From Azolla caroliniana (Eukaryota; Plantae; Polypodiophyta), in contig JBHGNT010000017.1 of assembly GCA_043228905.1 (NCBI GenBank), positions 9,734,001 to 9,798,000 on the forward strand: a stretch of 64,000 nucleotides of DNA, given 5' to 3'. This document shows, piece after piece, positions 1-12,220 of this stretch. Position numbers and translations under genes: made by a program. Under the pieces are notes generated by a model that was not told the origin of the DNA, searched no databases, and was given only the letters and a program-made list of their open reading frames with translations. Position 1 is the first letter of the stretch, and every line of letters starts with the position of its first letter.

Positions 1-95
1 TAGCCATTTACATCCAAGTTTGTGAAATGATATATAAATATTTATTATGACATTGAAGGTTCTATTTGAACATTGTAAATGTAGATCCCTCGGGC

Positions 96-299
96 ATTTT
101 CATCCCCCTCCTTTGTATCAGATGGTATTCTTTGATATCATGTTGTAATTCACCATGTTGCTAAAAATGTGAGTGTATTGTGATGAAACGACGGTCTATT
201 TTCATCCCCCTCTGTATCAGATGGTATTCTTTGATATCATGTTGTAATTCACCATGTTGCTAAAAATGTGAGTGTATTATGATGAAACGACGATCTATT
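96..299. repeat. ~102-bp tandem duplication (2 copies)
   Basis: ATTTTCATCCCCCTC...GATGAAACGACGRTCTATT starts at 96 and again at 198, with a few substitutions and a small indel. Confidence 0.9.
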
Positions 300-1147
300 G
301 TCGAATATAAAATGCTAAGGAGAAGGAATTTGTCACCCATAATTGTTGTAGAGAGAAAAGGACAGATCTACTCATTGTTTTAGGTCAAATTGTAAACTTG
401 TAGGGTGGAGTAACTTGGTTTGCCTAAATTGTGTAGACCCCTCGCCGTGCAGTGTTGCATTGCAACAGAATTGAGAAAATGGCGGTGGTTGAAATGATTG
501 TAAATAGAAACAGATAAGCTCAGCCATCCCCTTAACCCTGGTATCATCCTTGTATGTTGCTAAACTGGGGTGATTAGCACATTGCTATATGTTGACCCTT
601 AAGTCTGGTAATGTCCTTGTACTGATGCCATATGGTTGTGCACCATCTCATTCTCCTCGAATTCCCTTTTTGAAGAATGGAATCTCCTTCTCTTCCTTAT
701 AAAAAGATCTTCTCTCAAGGATTTGCTTGCATTGGGAGAACGTTTATTCTGAGAATTCTCCTAGGAATCTCAAGAATTGGCTCCTCTGAGAAATGTCGGC
801 TGAGAGCCAGGAAGCGTTATCATGAATGAAGAACGATTGGAATAAACAAAACATTTGTTGGAGAGAAGCACAGCTTACGCTCTCTGTCTCTCTCTTCCTT
901 TCTAAATGATGATGATCCCTAGTTTTGAGTTGTTTCCATTTCGACAGATAATCAGGGTTTCCTCTCTCTCAAAGAAATGGTTCTTTTGGTTTGGGTGTTT
1001 GTTTATGGTCTACTGAGTATTTTGATGGAGTGAGTGACATTTAGGAGAGGATGCTGGCGGTGGCTGCCTTGGCCACGGTGGCCCATTGGGAGGTGCCATC
1101 CTCTCTACCTCTGTCTCTGCGACCGCTCACCCTGTCTCCCTCGTCTA

Positions 1148-1356
1148 CCCCTCCCTCCCTCCCTCCCTCCCTTAATCATCTCATCCCTTTCTGACTCACT
1201 CACACATCCATCCATCCATCCATCTCTGTCCAGCCAATCTCTCTCTCTCTGGACTTGCCATTGCTGCTGCTGCTGCACCCTACCCTACCTGTCTGTCCCT
1301 CTGTCCCTCTGTTTCATCTCTTCTTTCCTTTTGTCTTGTTTGTTTTGTTTTCTTTC

Positions 1357-1396
<40 letters not shown>

Positions 1397-1397
1397 A
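1148..1397. repeat. Compound microsatellite cluster (CCCT, CTCA, CCAT, CT, TGC, TAC)
   Basis: Simple repeats are directly visible; the (TAC)n run at ~1357-1396 explains the poly-Y and poly-L spurious ORFs. Confidence 0.9.
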
Positions 1398-2659
1398 TGA
1401 TCCTGTGCGGTTTTGTTTCCTCCTAGTGGCCGCTTCGTTTACTATGGCCCATTTCTCGTCCCATGGCATTGCATTGCATTGTGTGGGGACTTTTGTCTTG
1501 CTTAATGGGAGGCTCTTCTAGTTAAGAATATCATACTCATAATTTGGCCTTCTATTTTCTTCTCCAAGATCTTCTCCTCCTCTGTTGCTGTTGTTGGCTT
1601 GCAATTATTGGTTCACACCCATAGATGATAGCATCAGGAAATCACAAGATGGAGCGAAAAGCCAAGTTTGATCCTTGGGGATCAGGAGCCCATAAAATTG
1701 AGAAATTGAGGGAATCTAAGTTGTATCCTGGCCATGGGCTAGGTAGGACTAGGAGGCCCTGACCCATAGATTGTGATAACAATCTTTTGTAAATTCTGGC
1801 TCCTTCTACAAGCTCTTTCAAATAGGGGATGGATGCAACTTCAACTTTGCCGTGCGAAACTCAAAGTCGCACAATTAAAAATCATGAAGTCTTGGCACAC
1901 CCCATTTCAATAAATCGCACTTGGAAGAACAATACACCCAAAGTCAAGTGGGATATATGGAAAGAATTATACGAATTAGCTATTGATCCCAATGTGGTCG
2001 ACACGTTCTTAATAAGTTAGGGATGAAGACGAAGTGGGCACATTGTTATTATATGATAATCTTCTATGCCCTTTAAATATATTCATTCATATTGTCAATT
2101 TTAGTGTGACATACATCGATTTTGATTTTGGTTTTGCAGTTAATACCCATGGTTCATATATTATGCATACAAATTAGAAGTTGTTAGATATTAATACCCA
2201 TGGTTCATATATGGTATGCATACAAATTTCAAGTTGTTTAATTTGTGGAGCACACAAAAATCACACAACAAGGCTTTTAGGTATGTATATTAAGAATACT
2301 AAAGATGAGGGAACTTATGTCATGAGTTGACTCAATAACGATAATAAGGTAACTTTTTAAGGCAAGAGTCCACTCAAGGAATAAAACATATTTACAAGAA
2401 GATGATTGAATGATGAAGCAATAGCTAGCACATAGAAGGCTCATGACTAAAGTTGAATAGGAATAATTTGATGAGAGTGTAAAGCTTCAATTGATATAGA
2501 CTACCAAAGCAATGGCCTAGATCACTTCATTTAGATGTTTGAGAACAACCCACATGTTGCACATTCATATGTCTTCTTACATGTGTGGCACACTGCAAAC
2601 AACAACGCATGGCAAGCCGTAAATGCTGGAACTAAGAACAATTTGTCATTATTGATAAA

Positions 2660-4094
2660 TGCAAATTTTGATTTTGCATCTCTCTTCCATTTTAAGGTAT
2701 GTCCTTTTGGGCGAGACATGTGAGAGGCAACATGATAGGATAATACCTTATTGTAAAGGTTAGCAAATCTTAGAAAACATTGAACATCCGATATTGAAGT
2801 AAAAGTCTTATAGTGAAGGATGGTTTGAATTGGATTTTCATCAAATACATAGTGACATATTGTGGATCTTGTGGAGGTGTGACACATTGTAGAAATTCCA
2901 CACTATCCTATTCAAATTGACATTTCTCAATCTTTGAATTTAAACCATGCTCACGAAGCTTCTTAAGAGCTTGATAGACATGAATTTGGTGCTCCTCCAT
3001 AGAATATCATCTAGATAGATGATAACAAAGAGATCCAAATCTCTTGAAAAACATCTTTTGCCATGTGTTGAAGCACTACTAGAGAATTTGTATGACCCAA
3101 TAACATGACAATATATCCAAAATTACTATACCAAGTGCAAAAACTATTCTTCCATTTATTACCTTGGATACAAATGAAATGGTATGTCTGATGAATTTAG
3201 AGACCAAGTTCTCCTTTCTGTGAGTGTGAAGTGATTTGAGCTTTGCAGGTGAGAAAGCATAAATGGGCCAAATGGAGAGACTTAACCTGGTTGTAGCTCT
3301 ATTGAGAAATCATAAGCTTGATGTTTTGTTAGTTGGGTGGCCTTGAACAAATTCTTAACATCTCTTTGGAAATTCCCGAGTTAGCATCAATAAGGTATAC
3401 TTCAATAGCAAAGATATTTTGATCACCCTCCTTACCTGATCCTACGAAATCTTATCATGATATTTTGGAGATTGGTAGTGGACTTGTGGGACACATACAA
3501 TGTAGATTCTTTATTATCTTCAGATGACAAGAGGGGATTAAGATCTAAAGTTTACGTCTATTTGTACAAGAATAAGAAATAAAACAAAGAATAGGATAAA
3601 AAACTATTTGTACAAGAATAAGAAATAAAACAAAGAATAGGATAAAAAACTTGAGAACAAAAATGGGTTGGAGACACATGAATATGACAAGGAGTAGAAT
3701 TTCAAGAAGAAACATGTGAACTAGAGAAACAATATTATTAACATGATAAAAAACAAGACTAGGATCTCGATTTGAAGAGACATGAACAAGAATTGGAGAT
3801 ATAGAACTAGGCATTAGGAAACATCGAGAAGACAAATCAATCTTTGGATCCAACAATACAAGCCAACCCCAAGATGACTAGTTCATGAGGGCTAGAAACT
3901 TGGCTAAAAGATATTATGCAATGAGTCACTTTAATTCATACCTCCAAAAATAGCATACAATCTATCACAATACTTTGAGAAAAGTTCTCATCCATCCACT
4001 TCGTCCATTGCTACTAGGTGTTGTAGGGACATAGTCGAAGATTGGGAGGTTTGGGCAAACTTGTGATCCATAACATATGTTTGCTCTAATATCA
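2660..4094 (-). mobile_element. Highly degenerate Ty3/gypsy (chromovirus-like) remnant: gag/RT fragments and eroded PBS
   Basis: Minus-strand peptide TSISDVQCFLRFANLYNK matches SLRDVQCFLGFANFYRK of element J. An IIYLDDIL-type motif lies near 3000-3025, and TGATATTAGAGC (eroded Met-tRNA PBS) at 4083-4094. Confidence 0.7.
3559..3650. repeat. ~46-bp tandem duplication
   Basis: TATTTGTACAAGAATAAGAAATAAAACAAAGAATAGGATAAAAAAC occurs twice in tandem. Confidence 0.85.
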
Positions 4095-4898
4095 AGTTGT
4101 CCACTTGTAAACCAATCCATCATTGTAGAGTCTAGCTAACTAATTAAGAAAAACATACGAAGTTATAGACAAAGAAAGGAAAGAGGGGTTCCAAACTACT
4201 CGAGCCACCCTAGTAATGGGGTGAGATGGACTTGAACCTCCTCGATGCCTCATACCGTTGAGGATTGATGTAAGCTATAACTTGGGTCTTATGAGGATTG
4301 CACATGCTTAGCTAACAAGAGTTATAACCGTACTGTCATAGTCTCAACATAAGCCAAGGCTCCCTTAAGAGTATATAGGCAAAAACCCTAGGCCCTAGTA
4401 TGTTCACACTTGATTGCTTTATTTGAAGTGGTCAAGTGATAACACACTTAATAGTTATCCTACACCGTAGAATTGAATATTACAGTTCATACCCTCGTTC
4501 CTTTTAGAATTATCCCCCACGTACTCATAATAAGATTAGGAAAAACTACGGAAAACCTATCTCATGATCAATTATGGTTATGTACGTAACATATTCCCCC
4601 ACTTTAAAAGATCACACTCTTGCAATGATTATTTGAGGGAAATATGTTTTCATGTGCGTTGCCAACTAAAATATCGATCAATTAGGAAAATAAACCATTT
4701 TGGTTGAGAACTTTAAAAGGTTTACAAACTTGTGGGGTTAATTTAGCGCACTTACATGTAGACAAAGTCTTAAGAGTTTAAAATATAAATACCATCTGCC
4801 CAAGGTTTAAATACACGAGGTTGCAAATGCTTGTTGGAATAACATGGTCCTCTATGAGCAATCGTAACTTGACTCGTGCAATATGAAACATATGTTTG

Positions 4899-5357
4899 TG
4901 TAAAGAATCGGATATGATTCTTGTGTAGCGGAAGAGATGTGTGTTATACGTGTGTATGTGTGAGAGAAGAGAGGAGAGAAGAGAAACACAAGATAGATAG
5001 ATGATAGAAAATGAAGTACTCAAGAAGAAGGTGTATATTCAGAAGTCGAATAGCAAATACAAAATGTAGCATTACAAGGAGTCACAACCACCTTATTATG
5101 AAGTAGGAGAAGGATCCTTTATATAAGGTCACCCTCTCTCTTCATTAACTGACTACAACAACTACTCTCTCTTGGGGAATGTGAAGACTCATAGTCATGG
5201 GGAATATGGAACTCATTAGTTATGTGTCATAAAATATGATTCTATGACACATAGTTAATGTGTAGAGAGTAGTGGTGTGACTCTTGACCTTTGAGTGATC
5301 ATAGATTCTCAAAGGGTGTGTTCACACATTGCACTATGTTGAGCTTGATTCTCAACA
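4899..5357 (-). repeat. 3' LTR of copia A
   Basis: TG...CA termini; matches 21127-21159 plus 27747-28169; PPT TTGAGGGGGCA at 5358-5368. Confidence 0.92.
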
Positions 5358-6689
5358 TGCCCCCTCAACTCGGGTTGGTTCCTTTCGGTTGATGTCCGCT
5401 TCGGCTGGTATCCGGTTTAGACGATGTCCGGTGTCCGCTTCGGCTCGTACCCGGTTCAGACGGTATCTGGTTCTCGCTTGTACTCCCCCTCAAGCTTGGC
5501 AAGTCAAGAATTGTCAATCCAAGGTCTGACATGAATTACTGAAGCTTGTCGGATCCTTGGGCTTTGGTGAAGATGTCGGACATTTGAAGATTTGTGTTGA
5601 TGTGTTGAAGGTCGACATCTCCTGCCTGAATGCACTCTCGAATGAAGTGATAGTGCACTTCGATATGCTTTGTGCATGTTGTTGGGAACGCGACTGTCTT
5701 GTGCGGAACAAATCAACACTCTCCTAAGGTGAGGATCATAAGTGGATGTAGGCAAGGTAGATTGATGACATCAGAAACAGAAATAGAGAGACAAGACACA
5801 CCAAGAACGTAAGAGAGAGAGAGAGACGATTAGGCACAAGATGAACTATATTTCAACAACCCTCAAAACCAGGTTACAAAGTTAGTTTATGTACAGATTG
5901 ACTTAGGGCAACTTCCCTTCTTACAATTTACATAAATAACCTAAACCTAGTGTGTACAAAAGGAGACAATGTGAATACGTTCTTTAGAGACCTGCATTCA
6001 ACACTCCCCCATAATGGGTGTATACATCAAAATTATGTAAATCAAAATAAATTTACAATACAGATTGATACAAAGTTTTCGAACAAATTGAAATTTTGTT
6101 TGAGTCGGTGAACTACAAAAAACTAAAGGTTGAACTGGTCGAGGTTGGGGAGGCTAAAGCTGAACTTCGAACTGTCGAAGTCGATTGTTTGAAAACATCC
6201 TAAGTGTTTGACTTAATCAGACTGATTCTTCATTACACCCATCTAGTGCCGAAGGGATCAGAATCGATCCGCCGAAAGACTATTGGTCATCCCATCTGCG
6301 ACATTATCGGCTCTAGATATCTTCTCAAGGCTGATTTTCCCTAAAATGACGCAATCCCGAACGAAGTGATATTGAACGTCGATGTGCTTCAAGGCGTTGT
6401 GATGAACCGGATTTTCCAACAGAGCAACAACACCCTTACTGTCATTGTAGACAGCTAGAGCTGAGTTAGATTCGACTTGTCGAAATGTGCAAGCTAATCG
6501 ATCGAGCCATAAAGCCTCTTTCGCCGCATCGGACGTAGATACGTATTCGGCCTTGGTTGTTGATGTGACAGTGCAGTCCTGAAGTTTCGATTTCCACAAG
6601 ATTGCTCCATTGCCGAACTTAAAGTAGTATCCGGTTGTCGATTTTCGACTGTCCACATAGCCGGCAAAGTCCGAGTTAGTGTAGCCGAC

Positions 6690-7054
6690 TGTTAGGAAAT
6701 AGGTCCCTCCGGATGGGAAGTGAGAAGAACAGTGTTGATGAGAATCTCGGCCGAGGCCGAAACCGGATGAGGAGTACCCGGCTACGGATGACCCGGTGAG
6801 AACCGGATGATGAAGACTCGGCCGGTGAGAACCGGATGAGGAGTACCCGGCAAGCGCTGGATGATGCAGGACCGATGAAGAGTGATCACTAGATGAAGGG
6901 ACATATTTGTAAATATGTTTCTAAGAGTCCATCGTGGCTATATTTGTAAATAGCCGAAAAGTCATATTAGTATAAATATGACTTAGGGCAAACAGAGAAT
7001 ATATAGTGTTGTTGTCATTCTTGTTGGTGAAAGACTTGAGAGCGTGTAACAGTG

Positions 7055-7100
<46 letters not shown>

Positions 7101-10100
7101 GAGGTCACTACTTCTGTTGTAACCGCCACCTGTGGCGAAGATCGTGAGCACGAGGTCGTTGCCTCCGTGAGCTCACTATTGTACATTCTGATATAGTGAT
7201 AGTTTGTAGTCTGTGGACTGCCATGGTTTTTTTCCCTAGTTTGGGTTTTTCCACGCTAACATCCAGTGTACTCCTCTCTCCATTGTGTCGTGCTTTCATT
7301 TCCCGTTTTCTGTGTATGATTCTAAGCTCGGTTGTGGCCGAGCGTTGCGCATAGGGAGCGTGCAGTTCCTGTAAAACTGGTATCAGAGCGAAACGACACA
7401 GAAAATGGACGATTCGTTGGGAGGCATGTTCAAGCTCACCGGCTTCAACTATTGGGTGTGGAAGTCGAAGATGAGGGACATGCTCGTGGTTAAAGATCTT
7501 TGGTTGCCGGTTTAGTTCGGGGACAAGAGATCGGACAAAATCGACGCCACAATATGGGAGGTGATGCACATGAAGACAACGGCGTAAATACGGTGCTTCA
7601 TCGACATGAGCCTATACAACAACTTCAATGAAGAGAGCAAGGCTCACGAGCTCTGGGAGAAGATCGACATTATGTTTCAAAACAAAAATGCTGTTAATCA
7701 GGTTTCGGTATTCCGGAAGCTAGTAAGACTCCGGTACCAAGATGGCTCCAACATGGCGGAGCACATGAATGCCTTCCAGGGGCTGATCCACCAGGCAACA
7801 TCATTGGAAGTACCTCTCGCCGATGAGGTACTAGCGCTACTCCTACTCGGTTCCCTCCCGGATAGTTGGGAGACGTTGGTTGTCACTTTGGGCAACGCCG
7901 GGTCGGAAGGGAAACGGTTATCCCTAGCAAGAGTGAAGTCGAGCTTGCTAGATGAGGAGGCGCATCAGAAAGATAAGGATACGAGCTCCGACTCCAAAGC
8001 GCTCCTTACCGAATCGGAATGCGGAAGACATAGAAACCGTAGTCCCTAGAACCGGGAAAAGTCGGGGACACGGTCAAAGTCAAGGGGGAGGCCTACTTGC
8101 TTCTATTGCGGCAAGCCGGGACACTTCTAGAAGAACTGTCGGCATTTTTGAAAAGACAAGGAAACCGACGGTACCGATTCGAAGCGGACACTGGACCGGA
8201 ATGGTAAAAAGACCGGAGGGGGCCGGACCGGAAGGGAACGACGGCAATCGCGGCAAGTGAAGAAGAGTTGATGCTCATCACCGAGGAGAGTGAGATAAAC
8301 CTTGCCGGTGACGAGATGACCTGGGTGGTCGACTCCGGAGCGTCGTTCCACCTTACCTCGGACCGGAAATGCTTCTCATCCTACTCAGCTGGTGATCACG
8401 GCTGTGTCCGGATGGGGAATGAAGGTACATGCCAAATTGTCGGCATAGGAGACGTGTGGTTGACAACACCAACCGGATGCAAGCTGCTGCTGAAGGATGT
8501 CCGACACGTTCCGGAGCTTCGTCTGAACCTAATATCAGTCGGTCCACTAGATGATGAAGGCTACACGGGTAGCATCCGGAACGGTGTTATGAAGTTCAAC
8601 AAAGGGAGCCTGATTGTGGCCCGGGCCTGGAAGGTAAACACACTCTACATGATGAATGCCCGGTTATGTCCGGAGGAAGTGAACGTGGCATCTGACACTG
8701 CCGGTGAGCTGTGGCACAAAAGGCTGTGTCACATGAGTGAGAAGGGGATGAAGAGGCTTGTAGACGACAACCTCATTCCAGAGAAGAACGTGCACTTGGA
8801 GAAGTGCACTGACTGTCTGGCTGGTAAGCAAAACCGGACCTCTTTCCGATGAGACGTAATGCACCACTGGAGTTGGTGCATATTGATGTGTGTCAAGTGG
8901 ACACGAAGTCACATGCAGGATCACAGTACTTCGTAATGTTCATAGATGACCACAACCGGAAGCTGTGGGCCACACCGTTGAAGACGAAGGATCAGGTGCT
9001 ATCCGTCTTCAAAGAGCTCCACGCGAGAGTGGAAAGAGAAACTGGCTGGAAGCTGAAGGCGGTTCGAGCAGATAACGGAGGTGAATACCGGGGGCAGTTC
9101 GAGGAGTACTGTCGCTCGAAGGGAATCCGGCTCGAATTTACCGTGCCAAAGACGCCGGAACTAAACGGGCTGGTCGAGAGGATGAACTAGACCATAATGG
9201 AGAGGGTCCGGAGTATGCTAGCGCATGCAAAACTACCCAAGGTGTTTTGGGCTGAGGCGCTGTCGACAGCGACGTATGTGATAAACAGATCACCCTCAAT
9301 ACCCTTGGACGGAGACACGCCACAGAGAGTCTGGACCGGTAAGGAAGTGTCCTACCGGCATCTGAAGGTATTCGGGTGTCTTGCGTATGTGCATGTAGCT
9401 AAGGACCGGAGAGGAAAACCAGATCCAAGGACCCGGACATGCATATTCCTCGGTTACGGCGACGATGAGTTCGGCTACCGAGTGTGGGACCTGGTCGACA
9501 AGAAGGTATTTCAGAGTCGAGATATTATCTTCATGGAGGACAAGACGCTCGCCGAGTGGGAGTCAGAGAAGAAGATAATGAACTCCGAGTCGACCGGTAA
9601 GGATCGATTCTACGATGAGCAGACCCAACCGACAAGAGACCGGTTAGCACTCGAGGAACTAGCCGGTTACGGTGAGGATACCGAACCGGCAGAAGAAGAA
9701 GTAGAGGAAGCTAGAACCGGAACCGGCCAAGACCCCGAATCGGATTCAGATGAAGATCAAATGAAGGAGCCGGTTACCGAAGCCCAAAGACGGAGATATC
9801 CTCTCAGAGAGAGAAGGCCCCCCCGAAGATTTCCGGACTCAGAGCATGTGCTGCTGACTGATGAGGGAGAGCCAGAAAGCTTCGAAGAAGCGAAGGATGA
9901 CACCCACAACCGAAAATGGTTAAGTGCCATGCCGGATGAGATGGATTCCCTGCATGAGAACCATTTGTACAAATTGGTGGACTTGCCGAAAGGAAAGCGG
10001 GCACTCCGAAACAAGTGGGTGTACAAGTTGAAACCGGGAGATGCCAGCAATCCCCCGAGATACAAAGCCAGGATCGTGGCGAAGGGGTTCCAGTAGAAGA

Positions 10101-11880
10101 AGGGCGTGGACTTCGACGAGATATTTGCCCCGGTAGTAAAGATGACCTCCATCCGGACGGTGCTGAGTATAGCGGCAAGCATGGACCTCGAGGTAGAGCA
10201 ACTAGACGTGAAGACAACATTCCTTCACGGTGACCTCGAAGAGGAGATCTACATGCAGCAACTGGAAGGATTCGTGGAGAAAGGGAAGGAGCACTTGGTT
10301 TGCCAGTTGAAGAAAAGCCTCTACGGGTTGAAGCAGGCCCCCCGACAATAGTACCGGAAGTTCGACTCCTTCACGACAGATCAAGGGTACCACAAGACGC
10401 AAGCCGATCACTGCATGTTTGTGAAGAAGTTCGAAGGAGGCGACTTCCTGATACTCCTTCTGTACGTGGACGACATGTTGATTGTCAGACAGGACCAAGC
10501 CAAAATACAGATGCTGAAGAAGGCTCTCAACCGGACCTTCTCAATGAAAGACTTGGGTCCGGCAAGACAGATGCTGGGGATGCATATCATCCGAAACCGG
10601 CCAGCGAAGCAACTGTGGGTGTCACAGGAGAAATACGTGACAAAGGTGCTTCAACGGTTCAACATGTCAGATGCGAAACCGGTCGGATCGACACTTCCGG
10701 CAAACTACAGGTTATCCGGTAAGCAAAGCCCGAAGACGAAAGCAGAGAAGGCGGATATGATGAAGGTTCCATATGCCTCTGCCGTCGGGAGCTTAATGTA
10801 CGCAATGGTTTGTACCCGACCGGATATAGGATACGCAGTCGGAGTGGTGAGCCGGTTTATGAGCAATCCCGGCAAGGAGCACTGGAACGTGGTCAAATGG
10901 ATACTCCGGTACTTAAAGGGCACTTCGAACATGTGTCTCCGATTCGGCTCCGGTAAACCTCAACTTGACGGTTTTAGCGACTTGGACATGTCGACTGATG
11001 TGGATACCAGTTGGTCTACATCCGGGTACGTAATGACATATGCAGGGGGAGCTATTTCGTGGCAGTCGAGGCTGCAGAAGACGGTTGTGTTGTCAACCAC
11101 GGAGGCGGAGTACATGGCGGTTGTGGAAGCTGACAAGGAAATATTATGGATGAAGGACTTCATCGGAGAGCTCGGTATCTGGCAAGATGAATACCGGCTC
11201 TATTGCGACAGTCAAAGTGCCATCCACCTTGCTAAGAATGCGGCCTACCATTCCCGGATGAAGCATATCCAGCGTAGGTATCACTAGATCCGGGAAAGAG
11301 TAGATGACCAGTAGTTCGCGTTGACGAAGATCCACACGGCCGAGAACGGATCAGATATGCTCACCAAAGTACTGACACCTGACAAGCTAGATGCATGTCA
11401 GAAGCGGGTCGGACTAGTAAGACATCCCATGCCGGAGTGAAGGGGGAGTTTGTTAGGAAACAGGTCCCTCCGGATGGGAAGTGAGAAGAACAGTGCTGAT
11501 GAGAATCTCGGCTGAGGCCGAAACCAGATGAAGAGTACTCGGCTACGGATGACCCGGTGAGAACCAGATGATGAAGACCCAGTGAGAACCAGATGAGGAG
11601 TACCCGGCTACGGATGACCCGGTGAGAACTGGATGATGAAGACCCGGCCGGTGAGAACCGGATGAGGAGTACCTGGCAAGCGCCGGATGATGCAGGACCG
11701 ATGAAGAGTGATCACCAGATGAAGGGACATATTTGTAAATATGTTTTTGAGAGTCCATCGTGGCTATATTTGTAAATAGCCGAAAAGTCATATTAGTATA
11801 AATATGACTTAGGGCAAACAGAGAATATATAGTGTTGTTGTCATTCTTGTTGGTGAAAGACTAGAGAGCGTGTAATAGTG

Positions 11881-11946
<66 letters not shown>

Positions 11947-12220
11947 GAGGTCGCTACCTCTGTTGTAACCGCCGCCTGTGGCGAAGATCGTGAGCACGAG
12001 ATCGTTGCCTCCGTGAGCTCACTATTGTACATTCTGATAGAGTGATAGTTTGTAGTCTGTGGACTGCCGTGGTTTCTTTCCCTAGTTTGGGTTTTTCCAC
12101 GCTAACATCCTGTGTACTCCTCTCTCCATTGTATCGTGCTTTCATTTCCCGTTTTCTGTGTATGATTCTAAGCTCGGTTGTGGCCGAGCATTGCACATAG
12201 GGAGCGTGCAGTTCCTGTCA
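6690..12220 (+). mobile_element. Ty1/copia element C (Tnt1/Tork-like), full length, pseudogenised
   Basis: LTRs 6690-7374 and 11451-12220; perfect TSD CCGAC; PBS TGGTATCAGAGC at 7378-7389; PPT GAAGGGGGAG just before 11451. Confidence 0.96.
7405..11440 (+). pseudogene. gag-pol: gag-pol pseudogene of copia C
   Basis: ATG at 7405; knuckle CFYCGKPGHF; protease WVVDSGAS; integrase RADNGGEY; RT LYVDDML; RNase H KHIQRRYH; several TAG stops and frameshifts. Confidence 0.93.

Noticed and set aside
1034-1521. ORFs with poly-Tyr and poly-Leu runs
   Set aside because: They are translations of microsatellites with non-ATG starts and no domain signal.
1829-2723. Short plus-strand ORFs (1829-2020, 2535-2723) as host exons or DNA-transposon fragments
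   Set aside because: No recognisable motif or supported splice structure; cannot be assigned without a database search.
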